Notes under the pieces: model-generated
Database searches by the model: none
Told to the model about the DNA's origin: nothing
What the model saw: the letters and a program-made list of their open reading frames with translations, nothing else
Assembly (NCBI GenBank): GCA_021158055.1
Contig: JAGGVJ010000019.1
Span: forward strand, 23,940 to 87,939
From: Candidatus Iainarchaeum sp.
GTDB taxonomy: Archaea; Iainarchaeota; Iainarchaeia; JAGGVJ01
DNA length: 64,000 nt
Direction of reading: 5' to 3'
Made by a program: the position numbers and the translations under genes
Part shown: in pieces, positions 10,090-20,640 of the stretch
How positions within the stretch are numbered: the stretch's first letter is position 1
How the letters are laid out: each line of letters begins with the position of its first letter

Positions 10090-10549
10090 CTAGATTTTTT
10101 TCAGGGATGTTTCACTGATAACATTAAAACCCATTTTTTCGTAAAACTGTCTGGCGTTTTTGTTTGCTTTATAGTAGTTTACTGAAATTGATCTGCGGTT
10201 TTTTTCTTTGAACTGTTTTGTAAGTTCTGTCATTAATTTTTTGCCAACGCCTTTTTTATGGTATTCTTTTTTTATGTAGATGTCAAAATTGCCTTTTTTC
10301 TGGTTGACTCCTTTTTGACTTTCGCCTACTGCAAAACCCACTAAGTTTTCATTTGTTTTTGCAACCAGCACAGTGATGTTGTCTGAGTGCAGATACCGGG
10401 TAATTTCTGCGGTGGTTTTCTTTTTTTTCATAATCTGCCAAAATATCCCTGATTTTTTTGCCATGCAGGGAAATTTCAAACTCTCTTAAATCATCATACA
10501 TTTTTTTAATGGATTTTACATCAGACCTTTTTGCTTTTCGTATTTTCAT
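10090..10549 (-). pseudogene. GNAT family N-acetyltransferase, frameshifted in a homopolymer
   Basis: The N-terminal GNAT part (MKIRKAKRSDVKSIKKMYDDL...) is in ORF 10349-10549. The C-terminal part (VLVAKTNENLVGFAVGE...HKKGVGKKLM...FYEKMGF) is in ORF 10090-10479, another frame. The switch maps to the T8/A8 run at about 10421-10428. Confidence 0.6.
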
Positions 10550-10615
10550 AAGGGCCAGCTTTTAAATATCTTTATAACTGCAACATTTTTATAAGTTGTC
10601 TTCCATTCACCTGTT

Positions 10616-10900
10616 ATGGAACAAAAATCACTTACTGTAGTTTTGGTTTTCCTGGCGGTATTGATTGTCGGTTCGGCTGCGTGTTATCTCGGATATCTTG
10701 ATGCCGGCACACCAAAAGAAAGTCCGGCTTCGGGTGGGGCTTCGGAAGAAGAATGCGGCCGGTATTCTGAACTTGAATGCCCGTCAGCTTGTGCTGTGTG
10801 CCCGCCGTGCAAGGCATGCAGTTCTATATCCTGCCATTCAGTTGACTTCTGCGAAGAGATCGGATTTTCAAAGGACTGGTATCAAAGCCTTGCCGATTAG
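10616..10900 (+). CDS. Small secreted cysteine-rich protein (12 Cys); hypothetical
   Basis: N-terminal TM/signal peptide, then CxxC-rich region (CPSACAVCPPCKACSSISC). Confidence 0.4.
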   Translation: MEQKSLTVVLVFLAVLIVGSAACYLGYLDAGTPKESPASGGASEEECGRYSELECPSACAVCPPCKACSSISCHSVDFCEEIGFSKDWYQSLAD

Positions 10901-11048
10901 CTAATTTTAGAACAGTGGCGGGTCTAAGAAAAATTTTATGATTCCGGGGTGTTTGTTTATTGCGCGGAAAAATAAGGCAAAGTGATTCGCGTCAGGGCAA
11001 GACAATAGTTTGGGGACGTTTTTTAAAGCCGGCTTCTTTAATTAAAGC

Positions 11049-11774
11049 ATGGGAAATGAGTTGTTGTACACGGATCTTGCAAACTATTACAATTTGATCT
11101 ATTCGCACAAGGACTACAAAAAAGAAGCAGTCAAGGTAAAAAAGTTGATTTTAAAGTACAAAAAGTCAGGCGGGTCTGACTTGCTTGAAGTCGGGTGCGG
11201 TGCAGGAAAACACCTGGATTTTTTTAAGGACAGTTTTTGTTGCACTGGAATTGACTTGAACAAGGGGATTCTTTCCGTTGCAAAGAAAAATGTAGAGGGA
11301 GTTGTCTTTAAACAAGGCAACATGATTGATTTTGATCTGAAGAAAAACTTTGATGCAATCACCTGCCTGTTTAGTGGGATTGGTTACGTGAAAACGTATT
11401 CAAACCTGAAAAAAACAATTAAAAACTTCTCAAGGCACTTGAAACCGGGTGGAGTGATGATAATTGAGCCGTGGTTTTCCAGGTCGGCGTTTAAGCAGGG
11501 TTCGGTTCACCTGACTGTTTGTGACAGGGAAGAAAACATAAAAATAGCCAGGTTAAGTGTTTCAAAGGTAAAGGGAAACATTTCAGTTGTTGACATGCAT
11601 TATCTTGTTGGCGAAAAAGGAAAGGGAGTAAGGCATTTCGTGGACCGGCACGAACTTGGATTGTTTGAGGTTGACAAGATTTTGGATTGCATGGAAAAAG
11701 CAGGGTTGAAGGCAAAGTTCCTGAAAAACGGTTTAACGAAAGACAGGGGTCTTTTCATTGGAGTAAAAAAGTGA
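11049..11774 (+). CDS. Class I SAM-dependent methyltransferase (small-molecule type)
   Basis: Motif I LLEVGCGAGKHL. No DPPY/NPPY DNA-MTase motif. Confidence 0.7.
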   Translation: MGNELLYTDLANYYNLIYSHKDYKKEAVKVKKLILKYKKSGGSDLLEVGCGAGKHLDFFKDSFCCTGIDLNKGILSVAKKNVEGVVFKQGNMIDFDLKKNFDAITCLFSGIGYVKTYSNLKKTIKNFSRHLKPGGVMIIEPWFSRSAFKQGSVHLTVCDREENIKIARLSVSKVKGNISVVDMHYLVGEKGKGVRHFVDRHELGLFEVDKILDCMEKAGLKAKFLKNGLTKDRGLFIGVKK

Positions 11775-11850
11775 GATGTTTAAAGGTTTCTGTTGAGTCA
11801 TGATTGTTCTTTTTGAATAGTTATTTAACCTATTTTCACTTATACGTATC

Positions 11851-13005
11851 ATGGCAAATTATTCGCATTCGCGGCTTTCCACGTTTGAGCAGTGCAGGTA
11901 CAGGTACAAGCTTCAGTACATTGACAGGGTAAAAGTGGATGTCCCGACGACAGTCGAGGCTTTTTTGGGCGATCTGGTTCACAGGGCGCTTGAAAAGCTT
12001 TACGTTGACCTTGGCTTTCAAAAGATGAATTCGGAAAAAGAGATTCTTTCTTTTTACGACAATCTTTGGGATCGGGAGTGGACAGACAGTATCCTCATAG
12101 TGAAAAATGAGTACAGGGCTGAAAACTACAAAAAGATGGGCCAAAACTATATTTCTGATTACTACACTCACTATCACCCGTTTGACCAGATGACTGTTAT
12201 CGGCATTGAAACCCAGGACATGCTCACTCTCCCTGACGGGAACAAGTACCATGTGAGGATTGACCGGCTCGGGTGCAGGGGGAGCACTTATTTTGTCTGC
12301 GACTACAAAACCAACTCGCGCATGAAAAACAAGGCAGAATTAGATGAGGACAGGCAGCTTGCGATGTACTCTCTCTGGGTTAAAAACATGTTTCCTGATG
12401 CAAAAAAAGTGGTTCTCTTGTGGCACATGCTTGCCTTTGACAAGGAAGCAGTTTCTGAAAGGACGGAAGAGCAGCTTGAAAAACTCCAGCAGGACACAAT
12501 GAAGATCATAAGCGAACTTGAATCATGCACGGAATTTCCAACCAGCGTAAGCGGGCTTTGCAAATACTGCTCTTACAAAAAAATTTGCCCTTCTTTCAGC
12601 CACAAGGTTGAGCTTGAAGAGAAAATGCTCAAAAAATTCAAGGAAGACGACGGCGTAAAACTAGTCGACGAATACTCAAAGCTTTTGGCTGAAAAAAACA
12701 TGATTGAAAACAAGGCAGGAGAAGTCAAAGCAGATCTTGTTGAATTTGCAAGGCAAAAAGAGATTGATATGGTTTACGGGAGCAACGAAAAAGCTTCAGT
12801 CAAAGAATACAAAAAAATTGTGTACCCGCAGGACAAGGAAAAGATCACAAGAGTGCTGAAGGAAAAAGGTTTGTATGACGAAAACTCAATGGTTTGCTAT
12901 TCAAAGCTGAATTCAAAAATACTCAAAAACGATATTGACAAGCAGATAATCGGCATGGTTGAAGAAGAAAAGGACTACAGGGTTTCACTCTCGAAAAAAC
13001 CGTGA
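11851..13005 (+). CDS. Cas4/RecB-like PD-(D/E)XK nuclease with 4-Cys cluster and C-terminal extension
   Basis: N-terminal MANYSHSRLSTFEQCRYRYKLQYIDRV, typical of PDDEXK_1. DYK core (YFVCDYKTNS). First Cys near the N-terminus plus C-terminal CKYCSYKKIC (FeS-type Cys4). About 130 aa of unknown C-terminal sequence. Confidence 0.7.
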   Translation: MANYSHSRLSTFEQCRYRYKLQYIDRVKVDVPTTVEAFLGDLVHRALEKLYVDLGFQKMNSEKEILSFYDNLWDREWTDSILIVKNEYRAENYKKMGQNYISDYYTHYHPFDQMTVIGIETQDMLTLPDGNKYHVRIDRLGCRGSTYFVCDYKTNSRMKNKAELDEDRQLAMYSLWVKNMFPDAKKVVLLWHMLAFDKEAVSERTEEQLEKLQQDTMKIISELESCTEFPTSVSGLCKYCSYKKICPSFSHKVELEEKMLKKFKEDDGVKLVDEYSKLLAEKNMIENKAGEVKADLVEFARQKEIDMVYGSNEKASVKEYKKIVYPQDKEKITRVLKEKGLYDENSMVCYSKLNSKILKNDIDKQIIGMVEEEKDYRVSLSKKP

Positions 13006-13023
13006 TTTTTCTGCTTTTAACAG

Positions 13024-13329
13024 TTATATTTTTGATATATAAAATTCCAAAACTTTTTTTGCAGCTTCAAGTTCTTCTTTTCCTTGCGCGGTTATGGTGT
13101 AGTAGACAAATTTTCCTTTTTTTTGCGGTTTTACGTAACCGCTTCTTTTCAGCAGGTAAAGGACTTTGTATGCGGTTACGTTTCCGTACACAAACCCAAA
13201 CCTTTCAGTTATCAGTGACCTGAGCTCGCTTCCTGATTTTTTTCCTTTGTGTTGAAGCAGGCTTAATATGAAGAGCCACAGGTTTTCCTTTTCAATCTTT
13301 TTTTTCAGCCTTTCAGACGGTTTTTGCAT
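13024..13329 (-). CDS. PadR-family transcriptional regulator
   Basis: wHTH GSELRSLITERFGFVYGNVTAYKVLYLLKRSGYV. Confidence 0.7.
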   Translation of the reverse strand: MQKPSERLKKKIEKENLWLFILSLLQHKGKKSGSELRSLITERFGFVYGNVTAYKVLYLLKRSGYVKPQKKGKFVYYTITAQGKEELEAAKKVLEFYISKI

Positions 13330-13420
13330 ACAATCACGTAAGGTATGTATATCCGATAACTATAAATAAAGATAGGTTGTTTTACAATATAGTAAATTTA
13401 CTATACTGTAAAACATAATT

Positions 13421-14539
13421 TTGCTGGTGATTTTTTTGGAAAAGATAAGAATAGCAATTGCAGGAATTGGAAACTGTGCGAGTTCTTTGATTCAGGGAAT
13501 TTATTATTACAAAGACAAGAATGAAAAAGATGCAATTGGCCTCATGCACTGGGATATTGGAGGTTTCACGCCTTGTGATATTGAGGTTGTTGCTGCTTTT
13601 GACATTGACAAAAGAAAAGTGGGAAAGGAAGTTAACGAGGCGGTGTTTGAGTTTCCAAACAACACAACGGTTTTCTGCAAAGACCTGCCCAGGACAGGGG
13701 TCATGGTCAAAATGGGAAAACTGCTGGATGGTTTTTCAAGCCACATGCAGGACTTTGATGAAAAGTACAGGTTTGTTTTGTCAGGTGAAAAAGAATCCAC
13801 AAAAGAAGAAGTTGTGCGCGGGTTAAAGGACTCAAAAGCAGAGGTTTTTTTGAATTATCTTCCAGTGGGCTCTGAAGAGGCTGTAAAGTTTTACGCCGAG
13901 TGTGCCCTTGAAGCGGGGGTTGGTTTCATAAATAATATGCCTGTTTTCATTGCAAGCAAGGGTGATTGGGCGCAGAGATTCAAGGAAAAAGGAATTCCGA
14001 TTATCGGCGATGACATCAAGGCGCAGCTTGGGGCCACGATTACTCACAGGACTTTGACTGACCTTTTCAGGAAAAGAGGTGTGAAGCTTGAGCGCACTTA
14101 CCAGTTAAACACCGGCGGGAACACTGATTTTTTGAACATGCTTAACAGGTCAAGGCTTGAATCAAAAAAAGAGTCAAAGACAGAGGCAGTGCAGGCTGTT
14201 ATTGGCGAGAGGCTTGACCCTGAAAATATTCACATCGGCCCAAGCGATTACGTGCCATGGCAAAAAGACAACAAGCTTTGTTTTATCCGTATGGAAGGGA
14301 AACTTTTTGGAGATGTGCCGATGAATATTGAATTAAGGCTTTCTGTTGAGGACTCGCCGAATTCAGCAGGCGTTGTAATAGATGCAATAAGGTGCTGCAA
14401 GCTTGCGCTTTTAAGAGAGGCTGGTGGTGTTTTGGAGTCTCCTTCGTCGTATTTCATGAAACACCCGCCAAAGCAGTTTTCTGACGATGAAGCCTGCAAA
14501 AGGACAAACGAGTTTATTGAAGGAAAAAGGGAAATCTGA
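13421..14539 (+). CDS. myo-Inositol-1-phosphate synthase (archaeal type)
   Basis: N-terminal NAD-binding IAIAGIGNCASSLIQGI. NYLPVGSEEA region. The start may be a TTG a few codons inside. Confidence 0.8.
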   Translation: MLVIFLEKIRIAIAGIGNCASSLIQGIYYYKDKNEKDAIGLMHWDIGGFTPCDIEVVAAFDIDKRKVGKEVNEAVFEFPNNTTVFCKDLPRTGVMVKMGKLLDGFSSHMQDFDEKYRFVLSGEKESTKEEVVRGLKDSKAEVFLNYLPVGSEEAVKFYAECALEAGVGFINNMPVFIASKGDWAQRFKEKGIPIIGDDIKAQLGATITHRTLTDLFRKRGVKLERTYQLNTGGNTDFLNMLNRSRLESKKESKTEAVQAVIGERLDPENIHIGPSDYVPWQKDNKLCFIRMEGKLFGDVPMNIELRLSVEDSPNSAGVVIDAIRCCKLALLREAGGVLESPSSYFMKHPPKQFSDDEACKRTNEFIEGKREI

Positions 14540-14790
14540 CGAAAAACAGATTTTGCATAGGCAAAGTTTTATATGTGAAAGTTGGCATAGGTGCTTATGG
14601 GTTTTCGTTTTATTGTGTTGACTTTGCCATTGGTTTTAGTTGCATTTAGGTTGAGATAAACTGGAGATGCACGGTGTGTTATAGCTGGTTTCTGGAAAAA
14701 ATAGCTGTGGCTGTTGTTATTGTTTTATTTGCAGGTTATCAGAATGATTAATTTGTGGGTTTGCGGTATTTGCGGGTTTGCGGTATTGTG

Positions 14791-15306
14791 ATGGATTTTC
14801 AGGAATTGGCCGAGGTATTAAGTGTTTTGGAAGAGATGAAAGTTCCGTATTATATTCACGCGGGTATCGCTTTATCGCTTCACGGCATGGACGGTGAGTT
14901 GGATGACTGTGATATATGGATTTTTCATCATGACATAAGGCAGTTTTACAAAACATTTAAAGATTATTTCCCGGGAAAAGTGCGGTTAAGAAGTCCTGTT
15001 GCGTATTCCCGGGGAATTTATAACAATTATTGCGTGTTGTTTTCAGGCGACATGAAAATAGATATTTGTGCGGAGATGGTGGCTGATTGTGACATTGGCA
15101 TGTTTGAATTCCCGCTTGATGAATCTGCTTTTAAGGATGCTGATTTTTTTGACTGCGGGTCGTTGAACCTGCCTGTCGCTTCAATAGAAAATCTTTTTCT
15201 TTACTATCTTGTGTTGAGGCGGACAAAGTATCATGACGAAAAAAAAGATGAGTTTCACGTGAAAGAAATGTTGGGCAGTGGAAAGTTTGATGAAAAAAAT
15301 TCATGA
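14791..15306 (+). CDS. Hypothetical protein, possibly nucleotidyltransferase-fold
   Basis: HAGIALSLHG...DDCDIWIF weakly resembles GGWAxD / hxDIDI of Lnu/ANT(2'')-like NTases. The ORF track start at 14755 runs through a direct repeat; ATG at 14791 is preferred. Confidence 0.3.
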   Translation: MDFQELAEVLSVLEEMKVPYYIHAGIALSLHGMDGELDDCDIWIFHHDIRQFYKTFKDYFPGKVRLRSPVAYSRGIYNNYCVLFSGDMKIDICAEMVADCDIGMFEFPLDESAFKDADFFDCGSLNLPVASIENLFLYYLVLRRTKYHDEKKDEFHVKEMLGSGKFDEKNS

Positions 15307-15480
15307 ACATAGTTGAAGCTCATTGTTTGGCTGATAATGTGCTGGCTCTTTACAGGGACCGGATTCAGAAATGATAAAAATTAGCTGTATTTTTAAATGG
15401 AGTGAAATATATTATTGATGTATAACGTGGTTTTTTATATTTTTCAAGGCAAAAGCAGTTGATTGTGATATTGTGATATT

Positions 15481-16713
15481 ATGATAGAAACCCAGATATT
15501 GATTTTGATTGTGCTGATTTTATTCTCGGCGTTTTTTTCCGGGGTGGAAACGGCTTTGATTTCCCTTAACCGTGTTAAAGTCAAGTCACTTTTGAAACAA
15601 AAAAAGAGGGGTTCAGAAGCATTGTATCGTTTGAAAGAGAATCACCACAAGCTGTTGATCACCATACTTATAGGGAATAACATTGTGAACATAGGGGCTG
15701 CTTCTTTTGCAACTGTAATATTCATTGATTTGTTTGGCTCAAGCGGTGTTGGTATTGCAACGGGAGTAATGACTTTTTTGATCCTGGTGTTTGGAGAGAT
15801 TACTCCAAAGACATTTGCAGCGCAAAACGCCGAGAGAATTTCTTTGTTTGTGGCAAGGCCGATTGAATTGTTGTCTTTTGTCTTGAGCCCGTTTGTAGCT
15901 GTTTTTGAGGTCATATCAAAATTCGCGGTAAAATTAACAGGTTTAAAGCATGAAAATGAAGTTTCGGAAGAAGAGTTGAAGACAATTGTCACAATGGGGA
16001 GGGACGAGGGCATTCTCAGCAGGGAGTCTGCTGAAATAATGCATAACGTGCTTGAGTTTGAAGGAACTAACGTGGTTGAGATAATGACTCCGAAAGTTGA
16101 CGTGGAAATGATTGACGGTAACTTGAAGCTTAAAAAAGTGATTGATTTTCTTATAAAAACCCCTTATTCAAAATACCCTGTTTACTCGAAAACCCCTGAT
16201 AAAATAATTGGTATATTGGATGTGGATGATGTTCTTAAGTATGTGAAAGATGCCAATCTGGATGTGCGGGTAAAAGAACTTGTAAATCCGGTGTATTTTG
16301 TTCCGGAGTCAAAGGAAATAGATGATTTGCTTACTGAATTTGAGGGAAAAAAGATTCCAATGGCTGTTGTTGTTAGTGAGTACGGTTTTGTTTCGGGCCT
16401 TGTTACTGTTGAAGATATTTTGGAGGAGATTGTGGGGGACATTTTCGACAAGAGCAGGCGAAACAGCGTTTACATCAGGAAAATAAATGACAAATTAGCC
16501 AAGGTTGATGCAAAAGTTTCAATTGAAGAAATAAACAAAGTGCTTAATCTGGGCCTTAAAGAAGGCCACTTTGACACTATTGCAGGTTTTATCGAACACA
16601 AGCTTCAGAAAATCCCGAAGAAAGGAGAGAAAATTATTTTAAAGAAGTTTACGATTGAAGTGGATGAGGTTACTGACCAGGGAATAGCAATAGTCAACAT
16701 CATTAAAACCTGA
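15481..16713 (+). CDS. CNNM/CorC/HlyC-family transporter (DUF21-CBS pair-CorC_HlyC)
   Basis: N-terminal 4-TM DUF21, two CBS motifs, C-terminal transporter-associated domain. Confidence 0.8.
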   Translation: MIETQILILIVLILFSAFFSGVETALISLNRVKVKSLLKQKKRGSEALYRLKENHHKLLITILIGNNIVNIGAASFATVIFIDLFGSSGVGIATGVMTFLILVFGEITPKTFAAQNAERISLFVARPIELLSFVLSPFVAVFEVISKFAVKLTGLKHENEVSEEELKTIVTMGRDEGILSRESAEIMHNVLEFEGTNVVEIMTPKVDVEMIDGNLKLKKVIDFLIKTPYSKYPVYSKTPDKIIGILDVDDVLKYVKDANLDVRVKELVNPVYFVPESKEIDDLLTEFEGKKIPMAVVVSEYGFVSGLVTVEDILEEIVGDIFDKSRRNSVYIRKINDKLAKVDAKVSIEEINKVLNLGLKEGHFDTIAGFIEHKLQKIPKKGEKIILKKFTIEVDEVTDQGIAIVNIIKT

Positions 16714-16986
16714 TTTTCTGCATGGTTTCAGTTTTATTTTCAGTTATTAAAACAGGTTTGTCCGCCTGTAAAAATGCATTGTGTTTAAGCACGTTGTATT
16801 TAAATGCATTGTATTTATATACTTTGGCTGTCTATTTAGATAGTTTGTTGTATTGTTTCAATACTGCAAAAAGGCACTAGTCTGTTTTTAAGAACGATAT
16901 CTTAGATAGTTATTGTTTTGGACGTGGTGTTAGTTAATAACATAAGAACTTTGGTTTTTTGTGTTGTTTTAAGGAGTTGAAAGTAT

Positions 16987-17172
16987 ATGAGTGAAGAATC
17001 AAACGAAGGTGGCTTCAAAAGGGATTTTGGACCACGCGAAATGCACAAAGCGATTTGTTCTGAATGTGGAAACGAATGCGAAGTCCCGTTCAAGCCAGTT
17101 GATGGCAGACCTGTTTATTGCAGAGACTGCTACCAGAAAAGAAGGAATAACTTCAAAAGAGACAGGTATTAA
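16987..17172 (+). CDS. Small CxxC-x17-CxxC zinc-ribbon protein (FmdB-like)
   Basis: CSECGNECEVPFKPVDGRPVYCRDCYQKRR. Confidence 0.55.
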   Translation: MSEESNEGGFKRDFGPREMHKAICSECGNECEVPFKPVDGRPVYCRDCYQKRRNNFKRDRY

Positions 17173-17191
17173 TTCTTTTTACTTGCAAAAA

Positions 17192-17280
17192 GCGGCTGTG
17201 TTTGCAGCCGCACAGTTTTTTATTTTTTATTTTTTATTTTTTTCTTTTTATTTCTTATTTTTTAAATTTTCTATTTTTTA
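17192..17280 (+). terminator. Hairpin followed by an extended T-rich tract
   Basis: gcggctg / tgtttg / cagccgc, then acagtttttt and about 60 nt of T-rich tandem sequence. Confidence 0.4.
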
Positions 17281-17742
17281 AGGTCCTCTTAACTTGTTGT
17301 TGATGAGTTAACGATTAAAATCTTTATTTCATTTGCCTTTTTTATGCTGGTAGGTTCATAAAACTTTAGGCAAAACTGGTCTCCGATATCAGAGATTAGA
17401 AAGAGCATAAGTTGATTGTGACGCCAAGGGTTAATATTATCAAACGCAGGTGGTTGTCTTTTTTTGGATGATCATTCCCGATTTCTTGTTGGAACGGATT
17501 TGTTCAGGAAGTTATCACTGACCACGGTTCATAATATTATTCTGTTCGCAAAGCCACTTTTTTGTTTGTTCAATGACCTGAACAAATTCAAAGAATACTG
17601 CAACTTCAATGAACTACACGGGGGAATATGTTATAAAAACCCCGGAGGACTATCTTACAGCAAGTGAGGCCTGAGTGGTGGGAATTACATTCCCTATTCA
17701 TTAATATATAATGCTAAATATTCATTTATAGGGGTAAAATAT

Positions 17743-19119
17743 ATGAATGCAAAAAGAGGATTAAAAACAAAATATAGTGTAATTGTAATTGGCGGCGGTC
17801 CGGCGGGCGTTATCAGTGCAGTGACTGCAAGAAAGTATTATCCCGGCAAGAGAATTTTGTTGATAAAAAGCGTTGGCTCGGGAGTGATCCCTTGCGGGAT
17901 TCCATATATGTTTACTTCATTGAAGAAACCAGAGGATAATGCTCTTGGAAATGCCCCGCTTAAGAAAAATAATGTTGATGTGGAAGTTGATGAAGTTATC
18001 AGCATAAATGCCGGCGATAAAAAGATTCAAACAAAGTCCGGCGAAGCATTTGAATATGAAAAGCTTATCCTTGCTACAGGTTCAGAGCCGGTTATGCCTG
18101 TTATAGAAGGAAATGACAAAAAAGGTATATATTATATCCTCAAAGAAATGGATTACTTGAAAAATTTAAAGCAAGACATTCTTAAAGCCAAAAATATTGT
18201 CATTATCGGAGGCGGATTTATAGGTGTTGAATTTGCGGATGAGCTTTCCGGGCTTAAAGGCGCGAATGTTTCTCTTGTAGAGATGATGCCTGAAATTCTG
18301 GTGAATTCATTTGATGAAGAGTTTTCAAAGTTAGCAAGAGAAAAACTGACCGAGAAAGGAGTCAATATAATTACCGGGAAAAAGGTTGTTCGATTTACCG
18401 GGAGCGAAAGAATAAAATCAGTTAAGCTTTCTGACAACAGCGAACTTGCTGCTGAAATAGTTATTTTGGGTGTAGGTGCAATCCCTAATTCTTCAATAGC
18501 CAAAAAAGAGGGTTTGGAGATAGGGAATGGCGGCGGGATATTGGTGGATGAATATTTGAGAACATCACAACCGGATATATTTGCAGTAGGGGATTGCGCT
18601 GAGAAAAAAGATTTTTTTACAAGGAAAAGGATTAATATTATGCTTGCCTCCACTGCGACAGCAGAAGCAAGAATTGCAGGGGCAAATTTGTATAAAATAA
18701 ATCTTCTGAGAGAAAATAAAGGAACCCTTGCTCTTTGTTCAACACAGGTGGGCGATTTGAGTTTGGGTTCAGCTGGCCTGACAGAAAAAACTGCTTTGGA
18801 AGAAGGGTTTGAAATCGTTGTCGGCAATGCAGAATGCCCGGATAGGCATCCCGATGCAATGCCTGGTGCAAAAAAACTTAAAGTCAAGTTGATTTTTTCC
18901 AAGCAATCAGGGATTCTCCTTGGCGGCCAGGTTGCTGGTGGAAGTTCCGCAGGCGGGGTAGTGAATATAATTGGTCTTGCGCTTCAAAAAACAACTTCAA
19001 TGACAGAGCTGGAAACTTTGCAGGTAGCGACCCACCCGAAACTTACACCTTCCCCGACAGTTTACCCGCTTATTACGGCAGCGCAGGACGCCTTAAGCAA
19101 ATGCGGATTAGGAAAATGA
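17743..19119 (+). CDS. Pyridine nucleotide-disulfide oxidoreductase (NADH oxidase / CoA-disulfide reductase family)
   Basis: FAD site VIVIGGGPAGV. NAD site IIGGGFIGVEFA. Redox Cys in GVIPCGIPY (compare SFxxCxLPY). Confidence 0.8.
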   Translation: MNAKRGLKTKYSVIVIGGGPAGVISAVTARKYYPGKRILLIKSVGSGVIPCGIPYMFTSLKKPEDNALGNAPLKKNNVDVEVDEVISINAGDKKIQTKSGEAFEYEKLILATGSEPVMPVIEGNDKKGIYYILKEMDYLKNLKQDILKAKNIVIIGGGFIGVEFADELSGLKGANVSLVEMMPEILVNSFDEEFSKLAREKLTEKGVNIITGKKVVRFTGSERIKSVKLSDNSELAAEIVILGVGAIPNSSIAKKEGLEIGNGGGILVDEYLRTSQPDIFAVGDCAEKKDFFTRKRINIMLASTATAEARIAGANLYKINLLRENKGTLALCSTQVGDLSLGSAGLTEKTALEEGFEIVVGNAECPDRHPDAMPGAKKLKVKLIFSKQSGILLGGQVAGGSSAGGVVNIIGLALQKTTSMTELETLQVATHPKLTPSPTVYPLITAAQDALSKCGLGK

Positions 19120-19232
19120 TATGGAAACAACTGATGATTGAGATAAAAAAATAATGCCTTAGGTAGTGGTTTATTGTATTTTATGTCTAAACTGATTTTC
19201 TATTTTTGCGGTTTTGTTTATTTTAGGCAGTT

Positions 19233-20372
19233 TTAATTGTTTTTGCGTCGCATTTGCTCCATGTTTTTTGTTTTGTCTTTTTTGACTCGTTCTTCAAGTT
19301 TTGATAACGAGTCGCACAATGCAATTATTAAATCCCGGTCTTCTGCAGTGCTTTTGTAAAACCCTGATTTTGTGTCAAGATGTGTTTTGACAATGTATAT
19401 GCGGTCGTTGTGGATGTTGTGTTGTCTTTTTACGTGAATGCTGAAATCAATGATTTTTGTAAGGATCTCCAGTTTTTCTTCCCGGTTTTCTGCAGTTGAT
19501 ATCACTTTATTGATGATAAAAGGGTCTTCGTTTTTTATTCCCGAGATCTTGACTCTTATTTCGTTTCGTGTGGATTTTCTTACAAGGTAGCGAAGAATGT
19601 CTTTTGTGGTCACTATTCCGACAAGGTTTTCCTTGTCAAGTACGACGCTGCTTGATACAGTTTTTTCTATGAATTTTTTTGCAACGTCTTGGACAGTGTC
19701 TTGCGGTGAGCAGTGACTGACAAGTTTGCTCATGAAATCACTGACAGGCAGGGAACCGAAGTCTTCCTGTTCACCTTTTACTTCTCCGATTGTCATTTTT
19801 TCGGTTTTGAATTCCTTGTTTTTGATTATGTCAAACGCGGAAACCAGCCCTTCAACTGTTTCGTTGTTTTTTAAAACAGGAAGGTGGTGGATTGATTCTT
19901 TTTTCATTATACTGATTGCTTTTTTTATTGCGTCTGTCTGGTTCACTGTAAGCACGGGGCTGACCATTAATTCAGCAACGCTTGAATTGTCTCTTATTTC
20001 TGACACGGTTTTTACAAGGTCATATTCGGAGATTATGCTTACAAGTTCGTTTTCCCTGACCACGGGCAGACCGCGTGTATCTGAAGAAATCAACAGGGCT
20101 GCAGCGTCAATGATTCCTTTGTCAGGTGAAATTGTCGGCGAGTGCTTGACAAACCCGGTAATTTTAGTGGTGGAAGTGTCTCTTATGCTTGAATACAAAA
20201 GGTCTTTGTGGGAAATCGTGCCTTTTATTTTGTTGTCTTCAGTCACTATCAACTGGTGGATATTGTTTTTTTTCATTTCAGAAAGTGCATCTGACACGGT
20301 TTTGTCGTTTTCGATAGTTATGGGGCTTTTCCCTGACATTGATTCTCCGACTTTTAAATCATTGAAATTCAT
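19233..20372 (-). CDS. CBS-domain protein (four CBS domains plus C-terminal domain)
   Basis: Repeated CBS motifs (HQLIVTEDNKIKGTISHKDLL, HHLPVLKNNETVEGLVSAFDII and others). Confidence 0.7.
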   Translation of the reverse strand: MNFNDLKVGESMSGKSPITIENDKTVSDALSEMKKNNIHQLIVTEDNKIKGTISHKDLLYSSIRDTSTTKITGFVKHSPTISPDKGIIDAAALLISSDTRGLPVVRENELVSIISEYDLVKTVSEIRDNSSVAELMVSPVLTVNQTDAIKKAISIMKKESIHHLPVLKNNETVEGLVSAFDIIKNKEFKTEKMTIGEVKGEQEDFGSLPVSDFMSKLVSHCSPQDTVQDVAKKFIEKTVSSSVVLDKENLVGIVTTKDILRYLVRKSTRNEIRVKISGIKNEDPFIINKVISTAENREEKLEILTKIIDFSIHVKRQHNIHNDRIYIVKTHLDTKSGFYKSTAEDRDLIIALCDSLSKLEERVKKDKTKNMEQMRRKNN

Positions 20373-20640
20373 TTTCAGTTCACCTCAATAGTGCAAAATT
20401 ATTATGTCCTTTGACAGCGTGTTGATTTCAAGAGTTTTTTGTTTGTTTAATAATTTTTATTTGTTTATTAATAAAGTGTCAACTCTTTAATTAACTTTGT
20501 CAAATAAGCAATGGGTTTGTCACGGGCTAAGTGATGTAAACAAGTAACTTATTTAATGCTGAAAGAGTTTATTTTATTGTTTTTACCTTCCCCGGTTAAA
20601 GAAGAAATATGCATGTATCTTTTGTGTTTCAGGTGAAATT

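Noticed and set aside
16991-17281. 96-aa ORF overlapping the zinc-ribbon gene
   Set aside because: It is an alternative frame running into the T-rich terminator tract. The translation is poly-F low complexity.
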